Source: Podarcis filfolensis
Taxonomy: Eukaryota
NCBI GenBank assembly: GCA_964270895.1
Contig: OZ185445.1
DNA length: 64,000 nucleotides
Strand: one strand, 5' to 3'
In this document: positions 60,639 to 64,000 of the stretch, one piece after another
Layout: the number at the start of each line of letters is the position of its first letter
Position numbering within the stretch: position 1 is the stretch's first letter
Notes under the pieces: generated by a model
The model's input: the letters and a program-made list of their open reading frames with translations, nothing else
Told to the model about the DNA's origin: nothing
Databases searched by the model: none
Made by a program: the position numbers and the translations under genes

Positions 60639-62954
60639 GTCTACAATGACTGGATGAAGTTCTCAAGGATTTTAGAGTTTCTCAACCCTATCTAGATATA
60701 CCTAGGATTGAATTTATGACCTTCTACACGTGCTCTGCCAGTGGACTCTAGCTCTGCCCTCAAATAGAAGAAAAAGCTGCCCTGAAACATAGTCATAATC
60801 ACAAACAAGGGACACAATTGCCCAGTAGTGGAGTTAGCAAAGAATTTGTGAGAATTTCTCTTGGGTCTAGAATGAAGAAACACGAACAGTTGCTTGTTCA
60901 TGAAATTTATGAAAGTTATGATGATGCTTCTTGCTGCATCTTTGTTTCCCCCATGAGCATGTGTTTGGTTTAGGGTGGAGAATTAATGTAGGCAATTAAC
61001 CAACTTGGTTTTTAACTGATTAAAATCGTTTTACTGTCAAGCATATAATACTTTTCCATAGGGAGATGGTGCAGGAAACCTGTCTACCCAGAGAATGTCT
61101 TGTAGAGACTTGGGGAAAATATTCCACGTTGACTACAAGTTATATTCATGGTGTAATAGGCAACTACGTCATTAAAAATAAATAAATCCTAGGCACAGGG
61201 GAGCATGACTATTATCACCTCTCAGAGACACTCCCATCTACAGCAAGCTCTGTCATGCTGTCAGTACAAAAAGACGCTACCATGGGAGGGGAATACATAT
61301 TTCTTCCACCCAAGGAGTATCTTCTGAATGCACAGTCAATCCTGGGAGCTCTAATTGCACTGATCACTTTGTGGTGCTGAAGAGGGAGAAGTGCTCTAAA
61401 CAAAGTTTATCCATCCCACTCCTTCTCCCCTCGAAACGACTTGGCAGAGATCAGTTCCCAAGTGCTGCACAGTTCTGGACCAGGACCACTGTGTTATGTA
61501 CTTCTGGCACTTGGGGGCATCTGCAAGGCTAGGCAAGATAAGGATCAATTAGCAAAACTGTTCCATTTTGGATTAGCTCCAGGTTCCCCCCCCCATCAGT
61601 AGAGATTCTGGGACACAGACCTGTGGAAGCAGTCAACAGCAGTGAGGCAGCAGTGAGTCGATAAAGAATACGATGAAAATGAGTCACAGGCCCACGAATA
61701 TTTTAAACGAGCTGTAGATTCTGTTTGAGAATAGCTCATATAATTAACTGAATCAATGGCGGCATTTTTTTTTAATCCATTGTGCTATTTGCAGCGTGGC
61801 TGAAATATGCAGGGTTTAAAAATAGAACACGCCTATGATGTGCGTCCCTGTATTGTAAAGATACTGCAACCATTAAGAAGAACTGGCACTAAGCGCTGGA
61901 AGCATTTCGTCTGAAGCATTTGCAGCAGAGAAGCAGGCTGCCACATTTGCCAAGACACAAGAGAGAACAGCAAATGAGCAGAGCAAAATGGCAAATTTGG
62001 ATGTTTGCACTGACTATTCATAAGTCGTTTGGATCATTTATTCAAGTTCTCGAGACAGCTAGAATCACAGTTTTGCAAATGTTTTGAGAAATGCTTTAGA
62101 GTCAAGCAAGCTCTTAGCTAGGCAAGGCGAAAGCAATGGTAATTTCCAAAGTGTATTTAAGTCATTCATCAAAATTAAGCTTCATGAATAACGTGCATCA
62201 ACCCAACAGAAAGTGAAGAAAACACCACATTTTAACATCGTTTCCCTTCCCCAATTTCAAAGTCAAATGTATAGGGGAGAAAATGTAAAACATGCCTTGG
62301 AAGTATTTGAAATACAACAGAAAATTACAGTAGGCTGCCGGTGCACACTTATAATTACAAGACACCCAATCAGAACAGTGAATCTATCAGGTTTCTGGAT
62401 GTGATATGAATAATTCTGCACTAGAGTCTGTGCTTCTAGAATCTTCTTAGTGATGTTGACAGAATGCATGCTAACAAACTAGAAATTATGAACCTTTCAT
62501 TTTCAGGAGAATGAAGAATCAGACTTCTCTCTCTACCTATCGAAGCTGTCTTTTATTTATTACCTTATTATGACTCAGCCTTGGAGGCCTTAAAAATTTC
62601 AATCATCGTTTCTCTTTGGTCTGGGTGCTGAGTAAAAAAAAAGAAGCTAGGAAAAATCTTCACGCCCAAAGCCCTGTCCAATGAGAGGAGATGCTTGTTG
62701 ATCTCCAGCTGCATCATGGGAACCTAGGAAGCTGCATTGTACTGAGTAAAACCATTGGTCCATCTAGTCTGACATTCTGGTCCATCCCACATGACTTTCA
62801 TCTGCAGTAAACAATGAAGGGAAGTGGATAGTTAGCACCTGACTTTTCTTCAGACATAGCAGTCCATTGCTCATTCTTTTATTACATGCATCCACTTGTC
62901 AAGCCACAGCACACAGCAGTGGATTCCAGATATTATCAAATAGTACACAGGAAA

Positions 62955-63144
62955 ACTGGATGCTGCCTTATGCTGAACCAGACCATTAATCTATCTAGTT
63001 TAGTATTGTCTACACTGCTCGGCCGCAACTCTCAGGGTTTAATAGAAGAGTCTTTCTCAACCCTACCTGGAGAGGCCAGCAACTGAAGCTGGAACATGGC
63101 GTTTGCAAAGCAGATGCTCTACTACTGAGTTACGTCCCTTCCCC
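62955..63144 (-). mobile_element. Squam2-like tRNA SINE
   Basis: gctgccttatgctgaaccagaccatt..gtattgtctacactg..caaagcagatgctctactactgagttacgtcccttccc. Confidence 0.7.
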
Positions 63145-63177
63145 TATAGCTGGCCTGCCCCCTTTCCCAATGGGGGT

Positions 63178-63646
63178 TGTTGTTGTTGTTGTTGTTTAGT
63201 CGTGACCGACTCTTCGTGACCCCATGGACCAGAGCACGCCAGGCACTTCTGTCTTCCACTGCCTCCCGCAGTTTGGTCAGACTCATGTTTGTAGCTTCGA
63301 GAACACTATCCAACCATCTCGTCCTCTGTCGTCCCCTTCTCCTTGTGCCCTCCATCTTTCCCAGCATCAGGGTCTTTTCCAGGGAGTCTTCTCTTCTCAT
63401 GAGGTGGCCAAAGTATTGGAGCCTCAGCTTCACGATCTGTCCTTCCAGTGAGCACTCAGGGCTGATTTCCTTAAGAATGGAGAGGTTGGATCTTCTTGCA
63501 GTCCATGGGACTCTCAAGAGTCTCCTCCAGCACCATAATTCAAAAGCATCAGTTTTTCGGCGATCAGCCTTCTTTATGGTCCAGCTCTCACTTCCATACA
63601 TCACTACTGGGAAAACCATGGCTTTAACTATACGGACCTTTGTTGG
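63178..63646 (-). mobile_element. Bov-B (RTE LINE) 3' fragment
   Basis: Open frame PTKVRIVKAMVFPVVMYGSESWTIKKADRRK..; (AAC)n tail; 10-bp TSD caatgggggt. Confidence 0.97.
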
Positions 63647-64000
63647 CAATGGGGGTAGGCTCACAATACTATCTCACATTATTATTGTCTGCCACAAACT
63701 GTCTAAGGAAGGGCTAAGGAACAAAATGTCAGAGTGAAGGCAGCATTTTTCTTTTCCTAGCACAGACGCTGATATTGACACTTTGATATTATAGCAATAA
63801 CATTATTGACTCATGTTTTTTTCGGATTGTATAGTGGAAGTTTTAAAAAATGCAGATCTTATGGACAAGATGACCTGTGTGTGTGTGTGTGTGTGTGCAC
63901 GCATACACACAAACTCTCATGGCTCTCTGCCAGTTGTGAATTGGCCTATAGTAGTTTAAAAAATTATACATGTTCACTGTTTGGGCCATTCAACACCGAT

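Overview
Non-coding, repeat-rich segment of a squamate reptile genome, most likely a lacertid lizard. This is inferred from Sauria SINEs, Squam3-type SINEs with (CTT)n tails, Bov-B 3' fragments, squamate L2/CR1/L1 and many hAT and Tigger-like MITEs. I recognise no host protein-coding exon in the 64 kb, so it is probably a large intron or gene desert; the blocks between repeats look like regulatory or conserved non-coding DNA. Almost all ORFs in the track are retroelement fragments or chance ORFs. Best leads: (1) two unrelated solo LTRs (9684-10496, 19906-20385) that are mostly one open frame encoding an acidic, disordered peptide with a shared basic C-terminal motif; (2) a Penelope relic with a decayed hammerhead ribozyme; (3) a perfect 38-bp palindrome; (4) a gene-conversion-like 118-bp identical tract between two neighbouring Sauria SINEs; (5) a 46/47-bp duplication around a TA-inserting MITE; (6) a 33-nt microexon candidate. 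Family names come from my recognition of the sequence, not a database search; counts are manual. There is a 162-N gap at 44307-44468.
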